A stretch of 63,117 bases of DNA, the filler included, from Choristocarpus tenellus KU-1152 (Eukaryota; Protista; Phaeophyceae), in NCBI GenBank assembly GCA_964200185.2. It is 9 parts of 9 records of this genome, joined end to end, with 100 filler letters (N's around TTAATTAATTAA, not from the genome) between each part and the next. Parts side by side here need not be neighbours in the genome. Positions count along the whole stretch, not along the records: positions 1 to 17,740 come from CAXNAD020000633.1; positions 17,841 to 25,712 come from CAXNAD020005463.1; 7 more parts are not named here. One strand, written 5' to 3'. The stretch's first letter is position 1. Each line of letters opens with the position of its first letter. Shown piece by piece: positions 12,988 to 24,515 of the stretch. The notes below the pieces were generated by a model. That model worked only from the letters and a program-made list of their open reading frames with translations. It ran no database searches and was not told the origin of the DNA. A program made the translations under genes and the position numbers.

Positions 12988-13606
12988 CTCACTTCCAGGT
13001 GCATTTCCATTCTCACCCTTCTCATCAGTCTGGCTTTCTTCCAAGCTCGAATCTTGTCTAGATTTGCTTCTTCGGCTCTCCACTTCAGAACTAATGATTT
13101 CTGGCTTAGGAATTCTAATGGCTAACTCAGTTGTGCCGAGCGACTTGTCGTGTTGTACAAGAGGACTGTCACTCATATCACGTCCCACATCATTCCACAC
13201 CCCCACCCCCTCTGCCAGAGTCCTCTTCACCAGCAACTGCATAACCTCAACATGTCCCTCACGAGCTGCGATATGTAGTGGTGTGTTCCCATCCACATCC
13301 TGCTGGTCAACATTAGCTCCAGCCCCGAGTAGGAATGACACAGACAAGATTCGCCTTTGTTGCTCAGGTTGCTCGGCTTTGTAGTCATAACCACCCTTGC
13401 TGTATTCCCTACTCATGCGAGTGTAAGCATCTGAAGTGTGGGCGGCACCTTCATAGGACCCACAGGCCTCACAGGCTGCATGTAAGGCTGTTTTGTTCGA
13501 ACAGTCGAGGGCATTGACATCTGCTCCAATGCCCAAGAGTATCCGTAAACCATCAGGGGACAGTCGCGAAGCAGCTAGATGGAGAGCGCTTTGCCCTGCA
13601 GCGTTC
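12988..13606 (-). CDS. Ankyrin-repeat exon of the WW/ankyrin gene
   Basis: NAAGQSALHLAASRLSPDGLRILLGIGADVNALDCSNKTALHAAC...GANVDQQDVDGNTPLHIAAREGHVEVMQLLV. The phase-2 acceptor matches the 16033 donor; GAG|GTAAGA donor. Confidence 0.9.
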
Positions 13607-14874
13607 CTGGGTTAAGGGAGCAGACATGTGAATGAAGGTGTTGTGTGACAAGGACAAATGGAAGTCACTACACTTAAGACAAATGGGAGATGTGCTCCAT
13701 AGAGATATACCTATTTGAATATGTGTAACACACGACTGTATGAAAAAGAAGCTAGACATGAGAAACCGAAGGTACATTTCGTCCTGTTCAAACACAACTA
13801 CCTGCAGCTTCCATTACAAAGGCAGAAGCAATTAGTCTTCTTGCACGGGTCTGGCTTTGCACAACAATTTTCCTTGCTCAATACCCCTATGCATGCCATA
13901 GAAATATCAATGACAAGGCATCTTGCCTTCAATCTTCAGGAGATTGTGACCTCATGATGCATGTTTCAAACCCCAGTGTTTCAAACTACACATATTATCC
14001 ACACTAAACTCTCTTACTCTTGAAGAGCCTCTAATGTAAAGGGTTTTTTTTCTCATCTTTGGGCAATAGCACAGCATTAAAAGGATATTTGTCTTGGCAA
14101 CCACCAGGCAAGCTGACTAGTACACTAATGGTCATGAACAGGTGAACCCTCAGTCATACCTGGGTCATCCTTGCAACCCCGTTGAACCAGACCTCTAAGT
14201 TATCCAACAGTCTATACTACGGTCAATCGATGTGCATGGGTGGCATCCAGTCATTTTTAGGATGTTTTCAAAGCTCGATGCAATGGACGGCTATCTCTTT
14301 CCTCCAATTTCTTTTCTCCCTCTCTTTTCGTTTTGTAGTATATACACCACACGCAAGGTGCAAAATACCATCCACTCACTATGTTCCATATACCATTGAT
14401 TAGTGGAGGCATACACAGCATTTATCTGAAGGTTCAGACCTGCTAGTAATCCATACAGAACAAAGCAACATCTTTTGGTGGAGAGGAGCTTGAATTTTCA
14501 TTACGTTTGCTGCACGTCCAACATTCATATTGCTACCTGTCACTTCCTGTTGACCCATGAATTTTGCAAAGGCAACACAAAATTTCGCCCAAGCTCATTC
14601 TCCCAAGGAGAAGCCCAGAGTCACACAACAGCAAGCTGGTACAATAGTACAATACAATTCTTATACTTGAGCATCAAGAACCAAAATATGTAGAAATGAT
14701 CTAGTAGTGATGATAGCAGTAGGTGAGTTGGGGAGACAATGCAAAATTTAATTCAATAGAACAGACTATGGGAGACATTGAACCAATACATAGGCACACC
14801 CTCTGTTACCTGACCTTACCCCTCAGTTTGACCTTGCATTATAGTACACATAGATGATATTAATATTACCGCCT

Positions 14875-15132
14875 GAGTGAAAGCATATTAGAGGGTAAGA
14901 GTTTTTCCCTGTTTGTCCTTCTGAAGCTTGGCTTCCCTCGTTTTTTTTTATGACATTTTCCTACTCCGAAATATTTCGGAGTAGGTACAATGTATACGTT
15001 ATGAAAAGGTGTGTCCGGAACAAGGATATTGACATTTCCTACAACCATGATAGCCAAAATTACATCAAAATTGCAACATTGGATTTTGGCCCTCAAAAGG
15101 ACGCAGCTCTACCCTCCAAGATACTTTGGCCC
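14875..15132 (-). mobile_element. Family A MITE copy A7
   Basis: Reverse-oriented full copy, GAGTGAAAGCATATTAGAGGGTA ... TACCCTCCAAGATACTTTGGCCC. Confidence 0.88.
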
Positions 15133-15199
15133 CTCCTACCTTCTGCTATTCAGTGGATTTCCACAACAGACCTTCATGTGGATAGTAGATATTAGGTAA

Positions 15200-15960
15200 A
15201 TCCTCTAGTTAGAAGTAGAAAGCTGCACCATAGTGGTCTCTACCCTTGCATAGAATCTCTTCCCAATGCACTGGTGCATGCAAGACCTTCCTGACCTGTC
15301 ACTGCTTGATAATATGCCTGAAGTACAGTTCCCACAACCAAACTTACCACTTCTCTACACTGTTCTCGTTCAGACCTTGTTGCAAATATTAAGAGGCTAC
15401 TATTGAGAAAGAAGGTATTTCACCAACTCATCCATTCATATGGTGCCAAAATATAGAGATAACCAGGTGTACATTCCAGCACTACTGTATCGCCAACAAT
15501 TTAGGGTTTTCAGTAGACATCTTCCACTGCTGTTGCCTCTTCAAAAGCATAACCATATGCCTTGCCATTGGACCCAACTTCGCAGTAATTATCTCCTGAA
15601 GAAGACAGAATCGCAAAGGATGCCACTTTTGCAAAAATATCACTTTGAATCGCCACATAGTGCAGGCCATGCCAAGTGCGCCCCTCTTCAAAGATTGGGT
15701 TCAGATAAAAACAAGGCGACAGCTATATTGTAGTGTGGCGTGTGTGGCATATGAACTTCTGGAGGTTTATCTCTCAGCTCGTATACTAGAGACATGTACT
15801 GGGCGCAGATAATTCGCCGAGGGCAAGAATCCTTTGCCCTACCATCAACAAACAAACTGTGAGGAAAGCTACGAGGGAATGAATACCAAGATGAGCCACT
15901 CCCTAACCCCAACATCTTGATTTAATACCAATTATTTTGCACTGGTTTCATGTAGCAGCA
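15200..15960 (-). pseudogene. Possible heavily decayed DNA-transposase (Sola-like) fragment in intron
   Basis: Broken frames give VREWLILVF, GKGFLPS, KRGALGMACTM and RHMVMLLKRQQQWK...ENPKLLAIQ, loosely in the order seen upstream of the first catalytic Asp of Sola transposases. Recognition only. Confidence 0.22.
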
Positions 15961-16032
15961 AATGATAATTAGGTGGGACAAGTCACCAGAATGCATTGGA
16001 GGCCTGTCTCTTAGCCCATATAAATATATCAC

Positions 16033-17195
16033 CTTGAATCTGGATTTGTAAGATCCAGAGAGCTGTTCCCCTCGTTCATTGCAAAATCAGTAATGCCACA
16101 TTCCTTTCCTGTTTCTTTTCTTCTCTGAGTCTGTGCCCATGGTCCTTCCTCAACTGGCCCACCTGTCTTTATTTCCAGCTTATCTTCTCTACTTTCCTCT
16201 TCCTCCTCCATATTGTCGTCTGATGCACCTCTATTCCCACCTCGTAACAAGGACTCCTCCGCAAGGTCCACCCATTGGCTCTCTCCAGTGGTTGGGTTAT
16301 ACCGATAGGGATGCCCCTGTGGTGTGAAGCACGCCACCCACTCCCTACTGTCTGCGTTGGAGGTGGCTCCTAACTGAGGTTCAAATACGAAGTTGGAATC
16401 CCGACCTTTTGAATCTTCAGAGTCAGCTGTCACCCCGACTGTAACGCAAGGTCCTTGGATCGGCTTCTGTGACAATGTGAGGTGAGAACAAGATGATCGT
16501 GATGGTGCTGCTGGGCTCCATGGAGCAGCTTCCACGGATTCGATTGCAATAGGGATATCAACAAGATCCATATCACTCACTCCTTTATGGTCCTCTGAAA
16601 GGATAGGATCACTCTTTCTCTGTTGCTGTCTCTCGATGTCGACATTTGCACCCTCCATGCTTGGTTGCAAAAGGTCGGAGGTCATTCTTGAGAGAAAATT
16701 CGAAATGGAACCCGAAGTCGACAAGTTGGAAGGACTATCGATTGTTGTAGGACCACACACTGAGTTTTGGGCAGGATCTAAGGTGCACAGTATTTTCTCT
16801 TTATATCCTGTGGTTTGAACCAGCGCCTCTCCCTCCAGATCTTTATTAGGTGTAATATCAAGAACATGTAGGCATTTCGACTCGAAGTCGCCATCTTGAT
16901 CACATACTTCGGCATTACTTGCGCTGCTTGAGGGTTCACCCAAATTCAACAGTAGCGAGCCAACTGTCACGGGAAGGTTGTTTGTAAGGTTACTCTGCTC
17001 ATCATCAGTATTAAGATCGACGTTTTTTTGTCCACATGAAGATGCCTTGCAAGAACTCTTTTGCTTGAGACCAAGTGACAAGGTTTTGCAACTCTCAGAC
17101 TCCAAGACTCCTTCAGGAGGGGTAGATGGTCTCAACCCGCCTTCCCATGCTGGCGGGACCAAGGAGATTGTAGATTCTACATTATCTTCTTCCAT
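16033..17195 (-). CDS. First large coding exon of the WW/ankyrin-repeat protein (WW domain)
   Basis: Within a 405-aa ORF; contains EWVACFTPQGHPYRYNPTTGESQW (WW). The AG|GTGATA donor splices in phase to 13606, giving NPDSRNAAGQSALHLAA. The start codon is uncertain (acceptor at 17225). Confidence 0.85.
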
Positions 17196-17529
17196 TAGAG
17201 GATGCCTGGTGGCCTGATTGCCTGCCTGGGTACAAACACACATCACGATCCACTACTCGCGGATATCATGTACCTAGCCGTTACCGCCCCGAATTTTCGC
17301 GCGCGGTGCGTTTCAAAGTTTGCTTTCCCTGTAGTCCTCTTATGGTTGCGTGTATGACTCGCCGATATACATGAAGGGAACATTCGTACTACTTTCGAGT
17401 ACGGTACTGTACGTAGCACTCACAACTATCACGAAATCTTTCTGCGTGAGGATCGCCCCCACTGATCGATATTCTTACCATATAGGAGGTCGTCTCAATA
17501 TTGCAAACTCCCTGGTATGAAATAGGAAA

Positions 17530-17740
17530 TAACAGCCGATTTCAAAATTTGAGGAGGGAGCTTTTCATTGAGGATGGGCTTGACCCAAAATTGTCTGGGA
17601 TAAAGTGTCGATATGATTTTTTTTTCAAATGACAAATGACAATACAAAAAAAAACATATCGACACTTTATCCCAGTCAATTTTGGGTCAAGCCCATCCTC
17701 AATGAAAAGCTCCATCCTCAATTTTTGAAATTGGCTGTTA
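17530..17740. repeat. Long inverted repeat / foldback element
   Basis: Arms of about 96 bp (17530-17625 and 17646-17740) are reverse complements with about 5 mismatches around a 20-nt spacer. It runs to the contig end. Confidence 0.93.
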
Positions 17741-17840
17741 NNNNNNNNNNNNNNNNNNNNNNNNNNNNNNNNNNNNNNNNNNNNTTAATTAATTAANNNN
17801 NNNNNNNNNNNNNNNNNNNNNNNNNNNNNNNNNNNNNNNN
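17741..17840. other. Artificial contig linker (N run-TTAATTAATTAA-N run); same at 25713-25812, 35020-35119, 38291-38390, 46576-46675, 51506-51605, 56155-56254, 58768-58867
   Basis: The identical 100-bp spacer with stops in all six frames occurs eight times. Confidence 0.98.
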
Positions 17841-18104
17841 ACGCGATACCACCACCCCCCCCGCACAGACCGCCCAGAGGGGGCCGGGAATACACCCGAG
17901 ATGGGAAAATAGTGGGGGGGGGGGGGGGGGGGATCAATCAGGACGTGTAGGTACATGGACATTATTGGTAGTTGAGTAGTAGTTTACTGACACCGGAGTT
18001 CTCGCCCCACATCATGTCACACACAATTGCACAACCAACCCTTTGCCTTTGAGGTTCTCTCTGAGCGTACATTTGCTGCATGCTTCTTCTTGTACTGGTT
18101 TGAG

Positions 18105-18125
18105 TTAGGGTTAGGGTTAGGGTTA
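18105..18125 (+). repeat. Interstitial telomeric repeat (TTAGGG)3.5
   Basis: Read directly from the sequence. Other short tracts lie at 18369-18386, 26791-26802, 32341-32365, 59805-59818, 60362-60380 and 61552-61565. Confidence 0.85.
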
Positions 18126-18368
18126 CCCTACTGTATTGACAAGACTAAGTACGATCTGCAACAGTCCTTTTCTTTTTTCACTGTGTGTGTGTGTACTGCA
18201 GAAGGGACATTCCAATTCATTAAATCAAGTGTTGCTGAGTAGCGACTGCATAGCGACTGTGGTCTGCTCCGAACCCTCCTCAACCATGTCAACAACAAGA
18301 GAATGTGCCCTGCACATCATACACTCTATCTAACCCACATGTGGTCCCTCCTCCCCCCGCCCTGTGTA

Positions 18369-19470
18369 CCTAACCCTAACCCTAACACCCAAACACTTGC
18401 CTGTTATTGAAGCTACTTGGAGACGAACTTGAGCAGCGAGGCTCACAACTGGTATGTTGGGAGCGTTGACATATACGAAAACGGGCCGCCGGTTCTTCCC
18501 TTTTGATTTTTTTTTTTAGTATGAACAAAGAGTTATTTGTCCTGCATGATGTGGGCCTCTCATCACACCTTAGCCTGCGAAGGGAGCTCCTCATACGTTC
18601 TTAGCCTGATGGAGGGTACGGGCACTCTCTACTGTCAAACAAGCCAGGAAAAACCGAATTCCCCTTTTTTTTTTAATCGATGGGCTTTTTGCCCTTGGTG
18701 AGGTGTGGTGGTGGTAAGGGGCCAGCGGGGGCGAGATATAAAGCATTGTGTTTACCCTCTCAGGGTGATGGTTGCATTGAGGGGAGCGCTTGGAAATGGA
18801 GTCCACCTCCACGAGTATATAGATCTCACCACGTGCTGCAGTGATGGTCCAACTTTTTTATTGGCCTGTTTTGCATTCCCTGTATATGAGACATGTGTTC
18901 ACCCGTAGGATACTCTCTGGTGTTGGAGGTTGAGGGGGGATGGCTTGTGAGGTCGCAGGCAGCCTCTGAAGTTGTGGTGGTGATGTGAGGGTGAAGGGAG
19001 AGATGTGACTGCTGTGCGCTTGATGTATATCTCTTTTTCCCGGTTGTGAGGGGTTTCGGTTCTACTTGATTGCTGTTTTTGTCCTAAGTTTTTGGAGGAC
19101 GAAGAGTTCTTCCTGTGTCTAGTTAGCGTTTATTGAGTGCCCGTCCGTCAGTGTTGTGGTGGTTGTCATCAGCCTCTTATCTGTCCTACTGCTGTCCTCT
19201 TTGCACTGAAGAGTGTGTGGATTGTTGAATGATTGTTGTTGGGGAAAGGGAGGGGGGGAGGGTGTCAATTACTTGCTGCCCACCTTTTTATGGCTGAAAG
19301 CTGGTTGCTTTGGAAGTTGTGATGGGAGAGGGGTTTGCTCGGCAGAGAGAGGCCGTTCATTGGTTGGGGGTATTGTGAGACGCAAAGGGAAAGAGATTAG
19401 GCTTTTCTTTTGTTTTGGTCTTGGCGTAGGAGGATTTTTTTTGTTTTGTCTCACTCAGGTCGCCATGATT
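18369..19470 (-). mobile_element. Degenerate non-LTR retrotransposon 3' remnant (possibly CRE/RLE type) ending in TTAGGG repeats
   Basis: Broken minus-strand frames include YISPPLAPY, FLACLTVESA and PVVSLAAQVRLQVA, reminiscent of RLE C-termini, and run into (TTAGGG)3. Confidence 0.3.
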
Positions 19471-19978
19471 GAGGCAATTTAAGGGTGTTGACTTGTTGCA
19501 AGCGAGGGTCTTGCTATGTGGTTGCTTTGTGCTTCACTCCCATTTAGTTATTATTTAGCTAGCATTGCCTCTAGGCATTGGTGTTCATGTTCGTGTTTGT
19601 GTAAGCGTTGTCTAGTTGTGTGAGCTGTGTATTATTGTCCCCGCTTGTTTCCCTCTCATTGTTGCCCACAACCCGACAATCTAGAGCTCTACAGTTTCGC
19701 CTGTTTGCTTGCTTTATTTAGTGCATAAAGCGTGGTTGCAGCTTCCTTGTTGACTCGTTTCATCTGTGACTGTTCATTTCTTGTGCTGTCGGAGCACGGG
19801 GTGGTGTTAGTCCGTCCTCTACAATGGAGTGTGTTCTGTGATAATATTTCTAGCATATTTTTTGAGGTCGTTTTGAGCTGCCGATTCCGTCGGTTTTGTA
19901 ACGCGATAGTGGAGCTTCTGTCCCCACCGGCTGGCAGTAACTGTGAATAGTTTGAGCACTGTAGTGTGATGTGATGTG

Positions 19979-20010
<32 letters not shown>

Positions 20011-21752
20011 TGCTAATGCAGTGGTGTGATAGCGTCAAGAAGAGAATACAAGTCCAGCCGAGACCTTTGCACCTGCATTGCTGTATCTTCAATAACATTA
20101 ATATTATTTTTTATTATTATCTCTCTCTCTCTCTCTTTCTCTATCTATCTATCTATACAAGCGTATCTTATGTGTACCACGGAAGACAAGGTATCCCTGC
20201 AGTTCAGCTGTGTTGAGAATGTTGCTAGCCCCTCCAGCGTAAGATCCTCTTGTAACACACTCTGTTCCCTCACACAGCAGTGCTGAATCATGGAGACATC
20301 TTTGAGACTTTTCCTGCTTCTGAAAGGTGATTACTGCACTACTTAGTGGAACCTCACACCAGTCACCATCCGCATTGCATGCTATGCTATCTGATAGTTG
20401 TGCCTAACCAACACTAACGACAAATCATTCATGTGTGGTACTGCACTGTGTATTCCACTGTATTTATTTTAGTAATAGTATCGATGTATCTGCATCAACG
20501 TACGGAGATTGTACGTTAAGATCAATTAACCAAATATTAGGTGAACGCATCTCACGCAACTTATTTGATTGAGCGAACATCGAAGTTGAAAGGGTTGAAA
20601 GGGTTACGGTGTATTTTTTAAAAGTAGTCCTTTGGAGGGGTGGATGTAGGTAGGGGTCTACAATGAGTAGGGGTGAGTAGGAGATCCTTGAGAAGATCTC
20701 TATATATATTGCCTGACAAGACTCCTTTGGTGATGGCATATTATAAGCGGAAGAAAATAAGAAGTTGAAAGTAATCATTTGAAAAGAACCAACAGAAGAA
20801 GGGCTGAGGGAATAGTTGCTAAACTGTATTCAAGAGGAAGCACCCCAAGAATTTGGATGGCACTCAGGGAGGATAGGGGTGGCGAAAAATTAGAAACTGT
20901 TACAAAACGCTCTGCAATCTTACATTACCAAGAAGCACAAATATGTCGGGTCTAGAACTTCAAGGTCATAATAATGGTGTTTTTGAAACCGATATTAAGA
21001 CATACCACCTGTAACAGAACGTTTTGTCTCCTATTGAGATTTAATATGCGGGGAGGTGGATGTAGGATACTTTTTTTTGCGAGTACCTCGAAGAGAGTTT
21101 GCATTTGAATAGGGTTGATTTCGGGAGTACGTATTGAGGGGGAAATATGCAGGCATGTTGGATTTCCAGAGAGTTCCTGCAAAAGGCTCTCCAAAAGGAG
21201 CTTGGGTAGGTTACTGTTCCCCAAGTGGGGTGTAATCAGATATTATGTGGTGGCTGTTATCCAAAAGTGGGAGGAGCTTTGGTAATCAAATGCGGTCAAA
21301 CCATTTACAGCTGTCAAACCACGGCCGAGAGTCACACAACAGGTGGGCATGTATTGAAAAAAATATCCAGAACCTTTCATGATCTAGTGATAACAGCAAC
21401 CTAGTCAGCACAACCCACTCGGTATGGCAATGACGAAAGAAAGGAGGAATGGGCTGTCCCGAACAAGCCAATCATCATGTCCTGTTGCAAAAAACATAAA
21501 TTTGGTACACTTACCATCATGACGTACACTTTTTTTTTATTGTTCCATGATAAATGTCTTTTTTTTTTTCAAGACAACCATAATAATAATATATATGATA
21601 AGTAGGAATTTTGAATACACAAAAATCATCAGAACTATTTCATCCCTGCTACTTAACGATACATTTATTGGCAAAGATGCTAATTACCTATGGAGGCACT
21701 TATCACGTAATTATGAAAGTCACGGAGAGTCATTGAGATATATATGCTAGGA

Positions 21753-21995
21753 ATGATCGTTTTAAGCGCTTCCCAAGGTATTGAAACCATCATTTTTGGT
21801 TTTATTCTAGGTTTATCGATGCCAATAATAGTCAACCAACTGAGAGTTAGACAAGGTTCTATTTGTAGGATCCAAAGAAAGGGGGGGAAAGTGACACTTT
21901 GTACTATTCCAGAAAGAGCACTTTTCGTAATTGTGGCGTCACTTTGTGTTTATAAAGGGGGAATATCGATTCTGCGTACACTATTGTCCACATGA
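21753..21995 (+). CDS. Small intronless ORF with two hydrophobic segments in an AT-rich island; hypothetical
   Basis: MIVLSASQGIETIIFGFILGLSMPIIVNQL...ALFVIVASLCVY. No family recognised. Confidence 0.25.
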   Translation: MIVLSASQGIETIIFGFILGLSMPIIVNQLRVRQGSICRIQRKGGKVTLCTIPERALFVIVASLCVYKGGISILRTLLST

Positions 21996-22457
21996 AGCAA
22001 TGAACTAGATAGACTGTGTGTGTGTATTGCAAAGAATGGGTGAGAAAGGGTTCGAACCTGCCTACCTCTCAATTATTGGTTTAGGTCCAAAAGCGTATTA
22101 TATGGAAATTGTGCGCCGATAAAACCTGCTGCTCGCGCGTATGCAAGCATGACCAAAACCTTAAGTGGTATGAAGGGTGACCTCACGTTTTTAACATCCA
22201 AATATTTTACAAATGTTATCATGGGGGGTAAATAAATGTTCAACATGATTGTAAATGAAACACAGCGAACACAACAACAACAGTTGTAAAATGATTCAAA
22301 GAAATGCAATGATCGAGTTTAACTACCCAGGATGTGTTTTGTACAATCGAGAACAAAATACAATTAATGATACCAACCTCTGATACAAAGTTCATGTAAT
22401 GGAGGATCACTTCAATCAAAGATGGTACAAAAAGAATAACAATGTGTGAGGTAAATA

Positions 22458-22530
22458 TACTCAGGCCGGGGCTCGAACCCGGGACCTCAGCTCTATCAGA
22501 ACCGCGCTCTACCAACGGAGCTCCGCCAGC
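22458..22530 (-). tRNA. tRNA-Ile(GAT)-like gene, probably a pseudogene
   Basis: 73-nt cloverleaf with D stem GCTC/GAGC, anticodon arm CGGTT-CT-GAT-AG-AGCTG and T arm CCGGG-TTCGAGC-CCCGG. The acceptor stem has two mismatches, and U8/A14 are replaced by G/C. Confidence 0.75.
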
Positions 22531-22752
22531 TTGTTGTAATATAAGTTCAGCTCAAATATAAACTATACTTTAAACAAAACAATATTATTCCAAATCGTTG
22601 AGCGTTGTTGGACAGGAATAAGATTACTGGGTTAGCCAAACCATTTAAGAGGTATTATATAGATGGGGCCGTATTTTAAGGATCGCGAGAATGGCCAAAA
22701 ATATGATATTATGTGCAATTGCAGAAAAATGCTTAATTGTGATGTCACTTCG

Positions 22753-23011
22753 TATACAAAGCATTAAAGAGGGTAGAGCCACGTCCGTTCAGGGTCATAA
22801 ATCCAACGTTGCAATTTTGATGAATTTTGGCTATCACAATTGCTAGCAAGTAGTGTCGATATCCTTGCTCCGGACACACCTTTGTCGTATACATTTTAGG
22901 TAACTTTGTTCACACAGAAAATCGAAAGAAGAGGGCATAAAAATCCGTGGGAAGCGAAGTCCTGAACGGGTAATCAGGGCAAAACTCCTACCCTCTTGAA
23001 TGCTTTAGGTC
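22753..23011 (+). mobile_element. Family A MITE copy A8 (degenerate, AAAGCATT subfamily)
   Basis: CAAAGCATTAAAGAGGGTAGAGCC ... CTACCCTCTTGAATGCTTT with a family A interior. Confidence 0.8.
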
Positions 23012-23543
23012 TGTGAGGAAACGGGGAATACCAACTTTGCGTACATTGTTGTGCACATTATGCAGTGGAAGAGAGTATATTTTACAGGGTAAAAGACCCA
23101 TAGTATCCTGGAAGGTGGAAGGGCTTTAGACCAGGTTGTCCATTATTTGGGGCTTTATGGGGTGGGGTGTTAATACAACACCCCGGAGTGATGCCCGTTT
23201 TGCAGTTGATTTTCCTTCAGATTTGGTCCAGGTCATGGAGTCGAAAAGGAAGGTGCATCTAGATTAAAGAAATTGCCCTTACACTTGACACATTAACTCA
23301 GATGGCAAGACTACAGGATTACAAAGCCCAGAATAGACACCTGACACCCCCAACAGGATACTATGAGCCAGACTGTTTAGAATGCAAAAGGGTCCAGCCT
23401 TGCCTACCACTCTTCTCAATCTCTTGCTATATTAGTCGTTCCTTGCATGGGTGTCCACACCATCCCCACCTCACCCGTCACAAAATCACCCTTAAGTGTG
23501 TCCAATGCTACTGATAATACCATAGAGTTGATGGTTGAATCAG

Positions 23544-23716
23544 GTCTCAAAGTATCTGGGGGGGGGCTCTACACCAGGGTGCCCATTTGGACCTTGACCA
23601 GGAAAAGTGCACTTACATTATCCATCCGACACATGCAACCAAATCATCCATTAATTGCGACATGGAAAAATCAGGTCAAATGGACAGCCGCCACCCCCCG
23701 CCAGATACTTTGATCC
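23544..23716 (+). mobile_element. Family B MITE copy B2
   Basis: GTCTCAAAGTATCTGGGG ... CCAGATACTTTGATCC; flanks TCAG/TCAA (3 of 4 match). Confidence 0.88.
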
Positions 23717-24280
23717 TCAAGTGACACTTGGAAATACCACAGCCCTCGTTCCAGATATTGTCATGTAAACTATCATAGCATACAATTTTCTTAGCGTTGA
23801 ATTGAGAAAAAGCGTCTTGTTTTGAGGGGCAGGCATTAAATGATTAGGTGTATATTTCGCTTCTCGTATTGGCCGTGTCAGTCTGGCTGCATAGAACCAT
23901 ACGGTTCTACGTACTAAAAATACGATCCTGAAATGCTGCACTAAGTGTGATTGGTACAAAAGTATATATATTGAGGAAACAAGGAATATAGATCTTGAGG
24001 CAAATGCTATTGACATTAGTCCCTCGAACTGTGTATACACGATACATACAAGTGCTCATAATGCATCCAGGACACTGATTCGCTTCCCTTTAATAATACA
24101 GCGATTTTAGTAGTCCAATGATAATAATTACTTTTTATTTTATGTTTGTGTGCACGCACTTAGCTGCAGTGCTAATGCCGTGTATGTAAATCATAGGGGA
24201 TGAACAAGTGCAATTATCAACACTTCAGTGGCAGCAAGGCACAGTGCCTTCACAACGGTATTCATTTATGACGTCCCAAA

Positions 24281-24515
24281 GAGTCAAAGTATCTTAGAGG
24301 GTAGAGCTGCGTCCATTTGGCGGCCAAAATCCAATGCTCCAATTTTGATGTAATTTTGGCTATCATGTTTGTCAGACACAACTTTTCGTAACGTACACAT
24401 TTTACCTACTCCGAGACATTTTGAGGTAGGTAAAATGTCACTAAAAACTCGTGGGAAGCCAAGCCCCAAATGGACAAATAGGGCATAACTCCTACCCACT
24501 AAGATACTTTCACAC
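24281..24515 (+). mobile_element. Family A MITE copy A9 (internal deletion)
   Basis: GAGTCAAAGTATCTTAGAGGGTA ... TACCCACTAAGATACTTTCACAC. Confidence 0.88.

Noticed and set aside
12800-13384. 194-aa plus-strand ORF, and similar short ORFs containing WMRLYPLRYF or EPKYLRG
   Set aside because: These are antisense shadows of real exons or chance translations of the MITE TIR, not a repeated protein motif.
14160-14290. Possible extra ankyrin exon (RPLHRALK)
   Set aside because: A stop follows within a few codons, and the flanking exons already splice in phase without it.
17741-17840. Recurrent TTAATTAATTAA palindrome flanked by Ns
   Set aside because: It is an artificial contig linker. Adjacency across linkers and ORFs ending in LIN have no biological meaning.
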